From contig NC_043013.1 of NCBI RefSeq assembly GCF_006345805.1, positions 22,258,001 to 22,322,000 of the forward strand: DNA of 64,000 nt. The letters run 5' to 3'. The stretch's first letter is position 1. Each line of letters starts with the position of its first letter. The notes under the pieces were generated by a model. That model worked only from the letters and a program-made list of their open reading frames with translations, made no database searches and had not been told where the DNA came from. Positions 52,129-64,000 of the stretch are shown here, piece after piece. This stretch comes from Octopus sinensis. Taxonomy: Eukaryota. The position numbers and the translations under genes were made by a program.

Positions 52129-52130
<2 letters not shown>
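51990..52130. repeat. Inverted repeat, ~63-bp arms with a 16-bp spacer, in (TA)n
   Basis: atctataaaataatatgtgacaattattcggtagccaagataaaactctgagttttggatgcc pairs with ggcatccgaaactcagagttttatctggctaccgaataattgtcacatattattttacagat. Confidence 0.9.
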
Positions 52131-52175
<45 letters not shown>

Positions 52176-52240
52176 ATTATATATATATATATTTATATAT
52201 GTATATATATATTTTGTAAGTATGAATGTATGTATTTATT

Positions 52241-52276
<36 letters not shown>

Positions 52277-52712
52277 ATAAATATATACATACATACTTAC
52301 AAAAATTATTTTTTTTATTTTCATTCCCTTTGAAATTGCTCTTATTCTTTGTTTGGACTTTAACTGCCCTTTCCAGCATGTATGTGTCCTGTTAAAGGTC
52401 ACCGCTTTTGGGTATGAATACGTAAACTGTTTGTGCACTTTTATATATAGCGTATTTTAACTTGTATAAGGAACCCCCTAATTTTGGGGGTCTTAAAATT
52501 TGGAAAAAAGGATTGTAAGGGATCATAATACTATCCATGTATAAGAAACTCCCATAGTTTTTAAACTTAAATTTTGACAAAAAAGGTTTCTTTATACACG
52601 TCAAAATATGGTATATATATATATAGTTGAAATTTACAGAAAAACACAAGACGAAGACAGGTGTATAAACAACAAGCAGGTGTATTAGTTTAACGCTCGA
52701 GAAGTGAGAAGG

Positions 52713-52750
52713 TCTTTTATGTTTCGAGCCTACGCTCTTTAACAGAAAGA
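52713..52750 (-). ncRNA. Degenerate hammerhead motif in a Penelope-like fragment
   Basis: ucuuu-CUGUUAA-a-gagc-guag-gcuc-GAAAC-AUA-aaaga. Stems I and II are perfect; the core is mutated. Confidence 0.5.
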
Positions 52751-52799
52751 AACACAATGAAATAAACAAAGAGAGACTAAAAAACTTTTGGAGCGGTCA

Positions 52800-52833
<34 letters not shown>

Positions 52834-53068
52834 ACTGATTTATTTTGTTTGTTCGAGTCTTTTGTCTGTTGCTATTCTGATTTTCACCTGGGCGTACATG
52901 GGATCTTCACGCAATTCGTAACAGTTACAACTTGCCTGAAGATCCTGTGCTCCTACAGCTGAAACTCGAAGTAGCAAGAGACAGATGACTCTTGACCAAA
53001 ATAGATATTATTCTTAATCTGTGCTATGGTACCAAGTACTTTTTTCGTCCGTTAACACTAAACGTGTA

Positions 53069-53105
<37 letters not shown>

Positions 53106-53462
53106 ATGTATGTATGTATGTATGTATGTAGAGTATTCTTTAATGCATCATATCTGAAACGCTCCGATTCTCAGTACTCAGGGTTACTCGTTTCCGATCA
53201 TCAGCTGGTAAATCAAACCTGGTCTTCTTTCGAAAATATTCAGTTTTTATTTTTTCCTTTTTTCTTTAATTTTTTTTTGTTTTTTTTTGTTTTTTTTTTT
53301 TGGGGGGACATATGAAATGAAGGTTTGAAGAGAACGTTTGTCCTTATGCACTTTTGTTTAAAAGATTTCTGTGAACGACACGTGCCAAAACGTCTGCTTT
53401 AAAGCTCACGTTTTTTAATTTCATTTCTGTTTCCCGTGGCAATATTACAAACGTCTTAAAAG

Positions 53463-53850
53463 CAGCGAGCTGGCAGAATCGTTAGCACGCCGGGCGAAAT
53501 GCGTAGCCGTATTTCGTCTGCCGTTACATTCTGAGTTCAAATTCCGCCGAGGTTGACTTTGCCTTTCATCCTTTCGGGGTCGATAAATTAAGTACCAGTT
53601 ACGCACTGGGGGGTCGATGTAATCGACTTAATCCGTTTGTCTGTCCTTGTTTGTCCCCTCTATGTTTAGCCCCTTGTGGGTAGTAAAGAAATAAGGTCTT
53701 TACGTTCTGAGTTCAAATTCCGTCGAAGCCGACTTAGCCTATCATCCTTTTGGGGGTCGATAAATTAAGTACCAGTTGCATACTGAGGTCGATCTTATCG
53801 ACTGGCCCCTCCCCCAAAATTTCAGGCCTTGTGCCTAGAGTAGAAGAAAA
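53463..53850 (+). mobile_element. Dimeric Meta-domain-type SINE
   Basis: Same organisation as 25880..26277. Confidence 0.8.
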
Positions 53851-56225
53851 AAAGAATCGTTAGCACGTCATTACTCCCTGAGTCGACTTTGCCTCTCCTC
53901 CACTGGGAGTAACTTGGCTTCTTTTAATATCAAGCATAGCTTTTGAATGTCTGTGGTATGAGAAAGTCAAGCTAAACCAACTTGCTAATATTCTCCATCT
54001 CTCTCTGTCTCCTCCCTCTCTCTCTCATCCATTGATTCAGATGTTTATTGTCAGAACATTCCATGAACCATGCGCTTACGCGGTTTCTTTCTGACTCATT
54101 TTTTTCCAACTCTGTTCTACCTCAAGTCACGATTCTTCTTGCAATTCTCTTCTCTCCAGGAATCAATCGCCATTATTTCGCTCCCCACAAACTCTCCTGT
54201 CTGGATTGTAACATTCTTCTCTCCACCGCAGTGTTTTCACAGTGCTGCCATCTGCAGTAAATCTAAACGCTACAGAGCCACAAACTGCTTCCATGAATCG
54301 ATATCTTAGACAATGCTCTCCAACGAGGACATGATACCCTTTTACATAGCAACGAAACAATTCTGCTAACCACTGGTGTATCTATTTAATTATGCATACT
54401 AGGGCCCCGTGCGGTGTTAACAAGTACTTTGGAGAATGGTTTCAACGCAAACTATTCAACAAAAAAGAATTGTTTAATTCAAAAGAAATCGAATTGTGAT
54501 TAAGGAAGTCCTGAAGAAAATCTATAGGCATTCTTGTCAATGACACAAGCGGATCTAAAAACCAAGTTTTTCGATGCTATGACAGTAGTGATAACTATAA
54601 TGATAAAAATCTGTTGAGTTATTATTGACTTGATCGACCACAGTCAATGTTTGGCTTTAACTAAATCGTCCCATCGAGTATACGATAGCCGAGGTAGATG
54701 TACGGAACTAAAGACCAACAAGTACTTAGTTCGGCGCTCTCCTGTTTCTGTCGGGCAGACGTGGTTGACAGTCAAGCAGAACATTTCCATGGTTATTGAA
54801 CTCATTGTGTTGCATGCTGGCATATACAAATTTCTCTCTAATTTTTAAGATAATTTTAAATGTATTTCTCTGATGAAATTCGTATCAGATCCAGGCTTCG
54901 TCACTTAACAGTCTGAGGTTCGTTGACAACAAAATACCGGCTGTTCTCCGATAAGTTTTGTACTTTGAGCTTAAAGCGGTGGAAGCGTCCGGCATACTGA
55001 GCCCTTCAACTACGCTTCTCTTGGATATCCGTAGGAATGAACCTCGCGCTGCGGAAGGGATCTTTCAATGCATCTCCTTCGCCGTCCTTCTGCTTAGGCA
55101 TTCGCCATTTGTGCCGCCGGGACCACGAAACATCTTCTTACCTAAGTATTCTCCCCAATTAGCCACACTACTAATCATTGGATCTCCATTGTAAATGTTT
55201 GTCTATTTCACCTGACTGCTCCACGGTGGACATTGGTCAACTGTAGTGGTTCTGCTAGATTGTTTTAATGCCATTAAAATATAATTACAGAATGGTTCAA
55301 AATTCTTTAAACCATTAGGTTACTGTTGAAGACTTTGTTTTCGTGTAATGCATCTAGAAGAAGTAAGCTTGTCAAGGAGATCAAATTCAGTGCAAGCTAA
55401 AAAAAAACTTCGTCAATTCTGCAGTGCTCCTGCTGCCGAGGGCAATGAATTGTACGATAACAGTTGTGTCTATTCTACTTTTATCTGGAAGGATTGGACA
55501 CTTGAGAGTTAGAAAATCTTGCTAGATTTTCTTGACACAACGAGAGAGCATCAACATGATCTCTACTTGGAAAAAACACCAACTAAATTTCTATCAAGTC
55601 ATAAACCAACTATCATCATGAAAAGCAAATAACATCCCTAAAACTACAGGACGGTTCCAACTGGAAAGCATCTGATCATAAATTTATTTGATCAATGCTG
55701 ACTTTGAACTCATTCTGCACATCTCCTTCGCCATTCTTCGTGCATCGCATTCGTCATTTTATTTACCGAAATCTGACCGAGATCAAGGAGGCGGTTGGAG
55801 ACCCGAGACAGCGGACTATCCCGTTGCTCTAAGTTCGAAAAGAAGCCCAGTGATTGGCTGCCGCTAATTTGTGTCAGTTTCTGATCTGCCAATTTCCAAT
55901 GCTGTTGTCCAAGAATCTATCGATGCGAACAACCATGTCCTCACTTATGCATTTGCTACAGATCCATGCGACTCGGCAGATCACAAATTCATGTCAGAGA
56001 TAGGGTTACTACTAAGCTTAACACCTAGTAGTCAGCAGGGAAAGACCTACTGAGAACAATTTCGATGATTAGTTATTTATGCATATTAATAGAAAGATAG
56101 ATATATAAAGAAGGTTATGCATCATTTTAAAGAGAAAATCTCCATAGATATCGATTATGTTTGGCCAGGACATGAACACAGGCGTTATACACACAATAAT
56201 TCGAACTCCAATATATTCTCACATC

Positions 56226-56273
56226 GTCTCTGATGAAGGGATATCCATAATATTCCAGAAACAGCTGTAAGAT
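56226..56273 (+). ncRNA. Putative minimal hammerhead ribozyme
   Basis: gucu-CUGAUGA-a-gggauau…auauucc-a-GAAAC-agcu-GUA-agau. Palindromic ACAGCUGU stem III. Confidence 0.65.
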
Positions 56274-56357
56274 TATTTCATCATAAATGTTCTAAAAACT
56301 CCTCACAGTCTTGGATTTGTTATCTCATTCGGTCTAATATAGATATAGAAATATATA

Positions 56358-56522
56358 GGCGTAGGAGTGGCTGTGTGGTAAGTAGCTTGTTTACCAACCA
56401 CATGGTTCCGGGTTCAGTCCCACTGCGTGGCACCTTGGGCAAGTGTCTTCTGCTATGGCCTCGGGCCGACCAAAGCCTTGTGAGTGGATTTGGTAGACGG
56501 AAACTGAAAGAAGCGTGTCGTA

Positions 56523-56571
<49 letters not shown>

Positions 56572-56790
56572 TTGTGTGTCTGTGTTTGTCCCCCTAGCAT
56601 TGCTTGACAACTGATGCTGGTGTGTTTATGTCCCCGTTACTTAGCGGTTCGGCAAAAGATACCGATAGAATAAGTACTGGGCTTACAAAGAGTGGGTCCC
56701 GGGGTCGATTTGCTCGACTAAAGGCGGTGCTCCAGCATGGCCGCAGTCAAGTGACTGAAACAAGTAAAAGAGTAAAAGAGTAAAAAGAGT
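56358..56790 (+). mobile_element. CORE-type tRNA SINE
   Basis: Full-length copy with (AAAGAGT)n tail. Confidence 0.85.
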
Positions 56791-56840
56791 ATATTATATA
56801 TGTATGTATATATACATAGATATATATATGTATACATGTG

Positions 56841-56874
<34 letters not shown>

Positions 56875-57605
56875 GTGTGTGTGTGTGTATTTTCAATGTC
56901 ATGGTTCATTAGTAGAATTCCTTCGTTTATAGGTTATGGTAATTTTCAGGCCAGATTATCAGTTATGGCACTATTATAAATAATACTAATAGATTTTTGG
57001 AAAGAATAAATAAACTGTAAAGATATTTGGTAGAACAATGGTATCGATATGGTAAATTAGTTAAAATGTTTAATCGCCTGTTTAAGTGGGAGGCCGGAAA
57101 TTTTAAATAAATATGGTGTAATTTCTAACCTTCAACTTAGTAAATATTTGTAAACGTCTAATGATTTGGATTGTAGGTTGTCTATATTTGGACTGTTTAC
57201 AAGTCACTCTAATTGCGTACTACGCCACCAAAAGAGTTAAAGACATTTGAGAAAATAGGTGACTTGAACCTCGTGCGTCAGATAACATGTAAGTGGTAAC
57301 GCTTTATACTTTATATTATCTTTTAAATAGTTATACATTTAGCTTTAATCGTAACAAGGTTTTTAATTATGATTGTTATATTCTTTTATTAGTTTCTGAT
57401 TTAATAAGGATATTTTAGTATTATCTATTTAATTACTGGTATAAGTTTAACATTAAAGCATTAAGGATAACGAATATTTAATATGTATGGAGTGTTTTAA
57501 TTATTGACTTTTGGCTTATGAAATAATGTAATTCATTCAGAATTAGCTAAGTTCAATCGAGTTTGTTTTGTGTCGGAAAGAATCTCTATATATATAAACG
57601 GCAAA

Positions 57606-57683
<78 letters not shown>

Positions 57684-59553
57684 GTGTGTGTGTGTGTGCG
57701 TGCGTGTATGTGTGTGCGTGTCCTTTTATACAAATCCACAATTTTTCGGTTAGACAGTTCGCACTTTCTATGGTCATTCAAAACCGTCCAAGGGTGGTTG
57801 TGCACATCTTTACATTTCCCCAGTCACCCAGCAAAGCCATTAAAAAATCAATGAAAGTAACTTTTTTATGAATTTTCTATCCAAAACCCAATCAAAATGC
57901 ACGAAACTTGATAGACCAATTGAATGCCAGCTAGCTGTATGTGATTGGTCGGAGATTTGGACAGTACTCGCGTGTATGTGTGCACGCACGCAGCTGTATA
58001 TGCATGCACTAGCAGTATGACCTGGCGTTGCCGGGTCATAGTGCTAGTAGAATATAAAAGCTTTCATTTTTATATTAATAACTTAATAACTATGTATGTA
58101 TGTATGTATGTAATGATGGATGGATGGATGGATGGATGGATGGATGGATGGATGGATGGATGGATGGATGGATGGATGGATATAAACAAGTGAGTGAACA
58201 AACAAAAGTGACACTAAACAGTTTCGGTGGGAGTTACATATATTATTTAATAACAGTTTGATATCCATACACACACATATATGGTGGGCTTCTGCACAGT
58301 TTCTGTCGATCAAATTCTACTCACATGCATCAGTGACTCCAAGCCTAAGGTAGAAGATAATAAATCTCATGTGAGTGCAGAAGGATCGAACCTGAAATCA
58401 CACGGTTTCAAAATGAATTTTTTAAAAAGCACACAACCATTCCAAGAGAATAAAGGAAGAGAAAATAGCAGAGCAATGGTCTTGAACCTGCTGTTCGTCC
58501 ATTGCAAATTTGAAAACTAATTCGTGTGATTCGCTCAAGCAGTCATGGACAAACCTAACGAAAAATGATATTGAATTTTTTTTAGCAGTTCTGCTCATCT
58601 GGTGATGAGCCGTGTCTCATGCGGCCCGCTTCTCGAAAAAGTTACTCACATTAAAACATTATCAACTAAAAGCTGTTTGACCCTCAGACGTCATCCAAAA
58701 ACCTGAATGATGTGTTGGGAGAAATGAAACTGCAGCAAGTCTCTCTCAGTAAGTGATGATGTTAACAACCACAATTTGTATGCGAACATGGTGATGGTAT
58801 GAACAAAGTTTAACAAGCAGAAACAAATGAGGAACAGCAGTTAGGATCTGGTTTGGTTTGATATTAGTTGATAAGTAATAGAGTGAAACATTCTGAAAAG
58901 CTGTGAAGCATTGAATAAAAAATATTTTACAACACAAAACGGTATAAAGAAAGGACATTGTAGCGCAGCGCTGTGTAAATGAAGCATAGTGCTTTACAAT
59001 GCAGCTTAACTAAAATAATTGTAAACCCCGTAATGCAATGGGGCGTCAGGGGACATTGAAAATGTATTTATATGACGTCCCTAACACATATTTCTGTTGC
59101 TTCATTAGGCTCCTACAACTCTTGATGGAGCTGTAGGGCCACCGTCATAATAAACGGCCTCCTGTGCATTTTACACCTCTCAAGTAACCTGATTTCTTCT
59201 AGAGAGAAAGAAATGCAGAGTCAGCAGGGGAGAACGAAGAAGAAGATTCCAGTACAATGCTGGTACTCAATCAATTCCGGAAGGATGAAAACAAAGTTGA
59301 GCCCGGCGCAAATTTAACTCGGTGTCCAGAGAGTCAGAATTAATACTGCGAGGCATCCTATTCGCCGCCGCTCTTACATCAACCCATAGAAGCCTTGCAA
59401 AGCCCATCTCTCAATTACATTCGCTGTTCATTACAACGAAGCTTGAATTCGATCCGTTTTACAGTGGATCCGTCTAGTTTCAGTTATAATCTTGCAATAC
59501 CTGTTTGGACTAGCTTTGAATAGTTCTTGTTATTGGTGTTGTTTAGCCCTAGG

Positions 59554-59710
59554 CAGGGGTGAACTGAAAATATTTAGGGCCCTCGGGCATAACTGTTCAC
59601 CGGGCCCCTTAGCATTGATATCAAAGAGAGTTAACATGTAGAGTGCGGGCCCCTCAGAGCTCCGGGCCCTCAGGCAGTTCCCGATTGACCGACGGTTCAG
59701 TCCGCCCCTG
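59554..59710. mobile_element. Short MITE (hAT-like TIR)
   Basis: TIRs caggggtgaactgaa / ttcagtccgcccctg, with internal gggccc repeats. Flanking 8-mers gccctagg/gtcccaga match only 5 of 8. Confidence 0.6.
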
Positions 59711-61289
59711 GTCCCAGATCATCACTGACCAAGCAGATTTACGATCAAAGACGAAGTAACACTCGTGAAATTTCAAGGGTCGCAGACTGGCATCGTCCAA
59801 ACTTCCTTTCTGTCCTGCAGTCCTCAACCATTCTATTATACTGCATTGAAATCAAAGGTGTTTCAGTTGTGACGATTCGAGGAGTTTTTGTTTTCTTTTC
59901 GCTTTCATGTTTTTCAGACAGTTTTTTTTTTATCTCAGACTACATTATCCATGGTTTTATGTTTTCATTAAGAACACTGAGGGTAATTTGAGGAAAAAAT
60001 TGGCTGTTATTTGTAGCAGGTTGAACGATCACACAGAGCAGTGATTCTCGCCCGTGGGGTCTACAGAGCAGTACTGGAAGGCGTGTGTAGACAGACCTTT
60101 TAAACGCCTGGAATCTGTTGCAAAATTCATTTAGATAAAGAGGCCCTTGATAGAGAAGAGGTTAAGAATTACTGACATAGAGACACTCTGTGGAATAGGC
60201 GAGTGTTTTTAGTAGTGTCACAGCGAAGTGGTCGACAAGTGGACATAAGGATATAAAATGTTGTCTCTTGACATTTCGTCATTTTATCAACGTTTTAGGC
60301 TGTGAATCTTCTCCATTGATATAGGTTTCAAATTTTGGCACAAGGCCAGCAATTTCTGGACATTGGTTTAGTCAATTGCTTCAGCCCCGGTGTCCAGCTG
60401 GTACTAAATTTATCGACCCTGAAAGGATGAAAGGCAAAGTCATCATCGATAGAATTAGAACTCAGAACGCAAAGACGGACGAAATGACGTTAAGCATTTT
60501 GTCCGGCGTGCTTGCGATTCTGCCCGCTCGCCACCCTCTTCCCCATAAATATAAACAGTTCGAAAGTGCAATAAATTGGTTTGTCATGGGGAGGAGAAGA
60601 AATCCAACGCTTCGATCGGTAACATAGTCAGAGAATGAGGTTTTCACGAAGGCTACATCAGAGATATTTCTCTTCTTTATAGCAAACCAATTTGTTAGAT
60701 TTTTTAATCGTTTATGTTTACTAATTGCCGACAAAATCCACCACAAGTTTCCTCAAAGATTAGTGTCTACTATTTAAATATGAACCAGGTACAATCTTGA
60801 CAGTCGAATATAGTAGTTGCGGACTGTAGAACAGAAAGCTCTGGACGATGCTAATCTCCGACCCTCGAACTGTGACGACTGAAGAAAGCCCGCCTTTGAT
60901 CATAAGTTTGCTCGGTCAGGGATGCTCTGGGGCTAAACAACAATAACTATTCAAAGCCAGTCCAACACAGGAATTGCAAGATTACAAATGCAACTGATGG
61001 CTCCGTTGTAAAATCGATGTAAATTTGTTGTGTTGTAATATGCTCTTTAATTGAGGGGTTTCACAAGGTTCATATGCCTTGCACTAACACTGCCATTAAA
61101 GGTCTGAGAGAATGTCTTGGCGTTTCGATTCCTGGTTGTAGAACCTATACTTTACATTATATAGCTAGTGTCTTTCTAGAAAGGCATGAACACCACTCAT
61201 GTCATAGTTCACTTTTTTAGAATTAGCACGGATGACTGGTTTTCTGTTGATCCAGGCAATTCATGCTTTGTGTTGCATTCAAGTTGAAT

Positions 61290-61680
61290 AATTCTTAAAT
61301 ATTCCTCCTCACAATTTTGTACAGTAGTTCCAAGATACACCTCCCGGATGTTCTGGGATGCATCATCAGAGACGTTTCTGGGCTCTCGGGTAGGTTCTGG
61401 TTTTTCAACATCAGAACCCTCACCTATTTGGCCCAGCTGGAGTTGACCAAGTCCTAGCTTACATCTCAGTAGCAGCAAACCACCAGTTTGCCCTCTTTAT
61501 CCGAATCCATCTAGTGGCCTTCCCTGCAGCTTTAGTAATGAAATCTATGGCTCCCTTCGCTATACCAGCAACTCTAAGCCCAGAGTTTTGCAGAATGAAT
61601 GCTCCACAAAACCTCGGTGACCGTCTTCAATTGCCTCGCAACATGCCCAAGATATAAGTTCAATTTGTCGAGGCATATCA
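61290..61680 (-). mobile_element. HERO/NeSL-like (R2 superfamily) LINE C-terminus plus 3'UTR, decayed
   Basis: AIEDGHRGFVEHSFCKTLG…GAIDFITKAAGKATRWIRIKRANWW resembles the HERO REL C-terminus (IEVGCRGF…EAAEKATRWLWIKR), recalled from memory. Confidence 0.6.
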
Positions 61681-62362
61681 AGTTGATTAATTCAACTTCT
61701 CTTTTGTCGAATGTGAGTGACAAGACTGAATGCTTAGGGCCATTTTGTCTGGCTTCTTAGAATTACGCTCAACTTATGCTCTTCAAGTTATAAAGTAAGA
61801 AAAAAATTTACCTTGGGCATTGACTGCTTATTTGTGACAGGACAGGATCCGTTTGATTAAATCGATACTAATATTTCACTGGTTACTGGTATTGATTTCA
61901 TCATGAACGGCAAACTTTAACATCATAACGCATAGAAATGAATGTAAATGTAACTAAATATATTGATAATCCAACACAGCGTGAAATAATATTTAACAAC
62001 AAAATATGATAAAATACAGTTCAACCCAACATCATTTTACTTTACGTTCAACTTGCCCTGCTAGTCATCCCTTTCATCAGCCGACTATTGGAGATTGCCA
62101 TGATTTCGGCATTTTTTGACAGCATCGCTCCCCACAGCGGTGCCGAGTAGCATTAATGTTATCAGATAACGTCGGGGAATAAAATTCCAAACTCTGGAAT
62201 ACTTTCTACCCCTTCTCTCTCTCTCCCTCTCCCCCTTTCTCTCTCTCTCTCTCTCTCTCTATATATTATATATATATTATATATATATATATATGTATGT
62301 ATGTATATATGTATATATATCGTTCTCTCTATATATCTCTTTCTCTCCCTCTTTCACTCTCC

Positions 62363-62411
<49 letters not shown>

Positions 62412-62519
62412 TTTTAATTTAGCTACCACTCAAAACTAACAGGTGACTCAATCATTCCAACCTTGTCGCAGCCATTTTGTTTGACTTGTAGCATTTTCAT
62501 GCAACAGACGAAACTCTGC

Positions 62520-62820
62520 AATGCAACATTGGAGATGAAGTCATTGGAGAACGGAACCGAATGGACGACGCGGCCGCAGTGAACCAAAAGTAACAAGTCA
62601 CCCCGGGGCCGGACATGTCACGAGATTTACAGACAACGGATAGACCCGTGCAATTGCCGAGTGGTATCCGAGAGCTCGGAAAGTGCCACTTGGAAGGCTT
62701 CCACTACGATGGGGGAAGACGGTTTGGGGTCAAGACGGGAAAGAATGAGGCAATCAAGACGGGAATTCGAAGCGCATTACGACCAGCGGTAAGAGCATCG
62801 GAAGGTCTGGTCGATACTGT
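62520..62820 (+). mobile_element. RTE-clade LINE 3' fragment
   Basis: AGHVTRFTDNG*TRAIAEWYPRARKVPLGRLPLRW matches the RTE C-terminal pattern. Confidence 0.75.
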
Positions 62821-63524
62821 GTGATAATGTAATACAACACAGCATCGGTGCAGTGGAGAACAAGAGAAATACGCGACGAAACAAATCCGTTTACAGATGC
62901 ACCAAGTGAAGTGCAATATGGTTCAATACAAAGCTACGAGAGAGGAAAACAGATGAAACAAATACAGGCAAATAGGGAGAAAAGAACATGCAGACAATTT
63001 GTATTTACAGCTTTATATAAAGGCATGAGACGATTGAGTGTTGTGTTGGAGACAGAAACAATCAATAAAATATCGATGGACTTGTATGAAATCTATGTGG
63101 CTCGATACAAAGGCTTTACATTTGGTTTCGAGTTCACTGAAATGTTTCATCTTCATTAAGCTAATTAGAAACGATTTTAGTTGATAAGAAAACAGTGGAC
63201 TGGGTTTTTTTTTTTTTTTAAAAACACATAAGCAAATTAAACAAGATGTGTTCGAATGTATAAATGATAAAAAAAAAAAAATCGAAACAAACATCGTCAC
63301 GCAACTTGAACAATAAACATGGGGAGAAATGTGCAGAAAGACGACAACCGTCCAAGCTTGGAAGAATGAATGAATGGATTCTGGGGGAGAGAGAGAAATC
63401 ATGTTTGGTCATGTTGGAAAGAGATTTACTGTTTGAATGGATCGAGTCAAAGAAAGAACGCGTTGTCTCGGTAGAAGCATCAGGACGAATATGATTTCAA
63501 CTGGAAGCATAATTATACTTAACA

Positions 63525-63990
63525 ACAACACCACCACCACCACCACCACAAACACCACTACCAACACAAACATTACCACCACCACTACCACAAACACCAC
63601 CACCATCACAAACACCACCACCACCACAGACACCACAAACATCACCACCAACACAAACATTACCACAAACACCACCACCACCACCATCACAAACACCACC
63701 ACCACCACCACAAACACCACAAGCATCACCACCAACACAAACATTGCCACCACCACCACCACAAACACCACCACCACCACCACAAACACCACCACCACCA
63801 CAAACACCACCACCACCACAAACATCACCACCACCACCACAAACATCACCACCACCACCACCACCACCACAAACACCACCACCACCACAAACATCACCAC
63901 CACCACCACCACCACAAACATCACCACCACAAACAACACCGTCGTCACTGCCATTTCCACCACCATTAATACTACCATTGCTATCACCAC
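63525..63990. repeat. (ACC)n-based higher-order repeat (accaccaccacaaac units)
   Basis: Seen directly in the sequence. Confidence 0.9.
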
Positions 63991-64000
63991 TAACAAGTGA

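Noticed and set aside
54600-56050. Possible decayed LINE
   Set aside because: Complex sequence with short frames but no identifiable RT or endonuclease motif; left unannotated.
57075-57090. cgcctgttta match to mitochondrial 16S rRNA (possible NUMT)
   Set aside because: Only ~10 nt match; the flanks show no rRNA or mitochondrial coding similarity.
63409-64000. Thr-rich mucin-like ORF at the window end
   Set aside because: Built from (ACC)n repeat units and open on both strands. A mucin exon cannot be excluded but there is no supporting evidence.

Overview
AT-rich, microsatellite-saturated eukaryotic DNA. The repeat families (Meta-domain and CORE-type tRNA SINEs, RTE tails, Penelope-type fragments) look like those of an octopus or other coleoid cephalopod; this is an inference from repeat style, not a database match. 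The only host gene I can support is a 7-exon, + strand MOSC-domain mARC/MTARC (mitochondrial amidoxime reducing component) homologue. Its CDS is join(10157..10428,12465..12644,13990..14152,15361..15501,18942..19006,21713..21787,23159..23267), 1005 nt / 334 aa, with all introns GT-AG and phase-compatible. The rest is transposable-element debris: three mariner lineages, two non-autonomous Helitrons, RTE/CR1/HERO-like LINE fragments, MITEs/foldbacks and many SINEs. Most other ORFs in the supplied track are microsatellite artefacts. The most interesting signal is a set of minimal hammerhead-ribozyme (HHR) motifs. One appears to be the tail of a tRNA-headed SINE, and one family has an 86-bp perfect palindrome centred on its ribozyme stem-III loop. 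All repeat coordinates are hand-read and approximate to a few bases.
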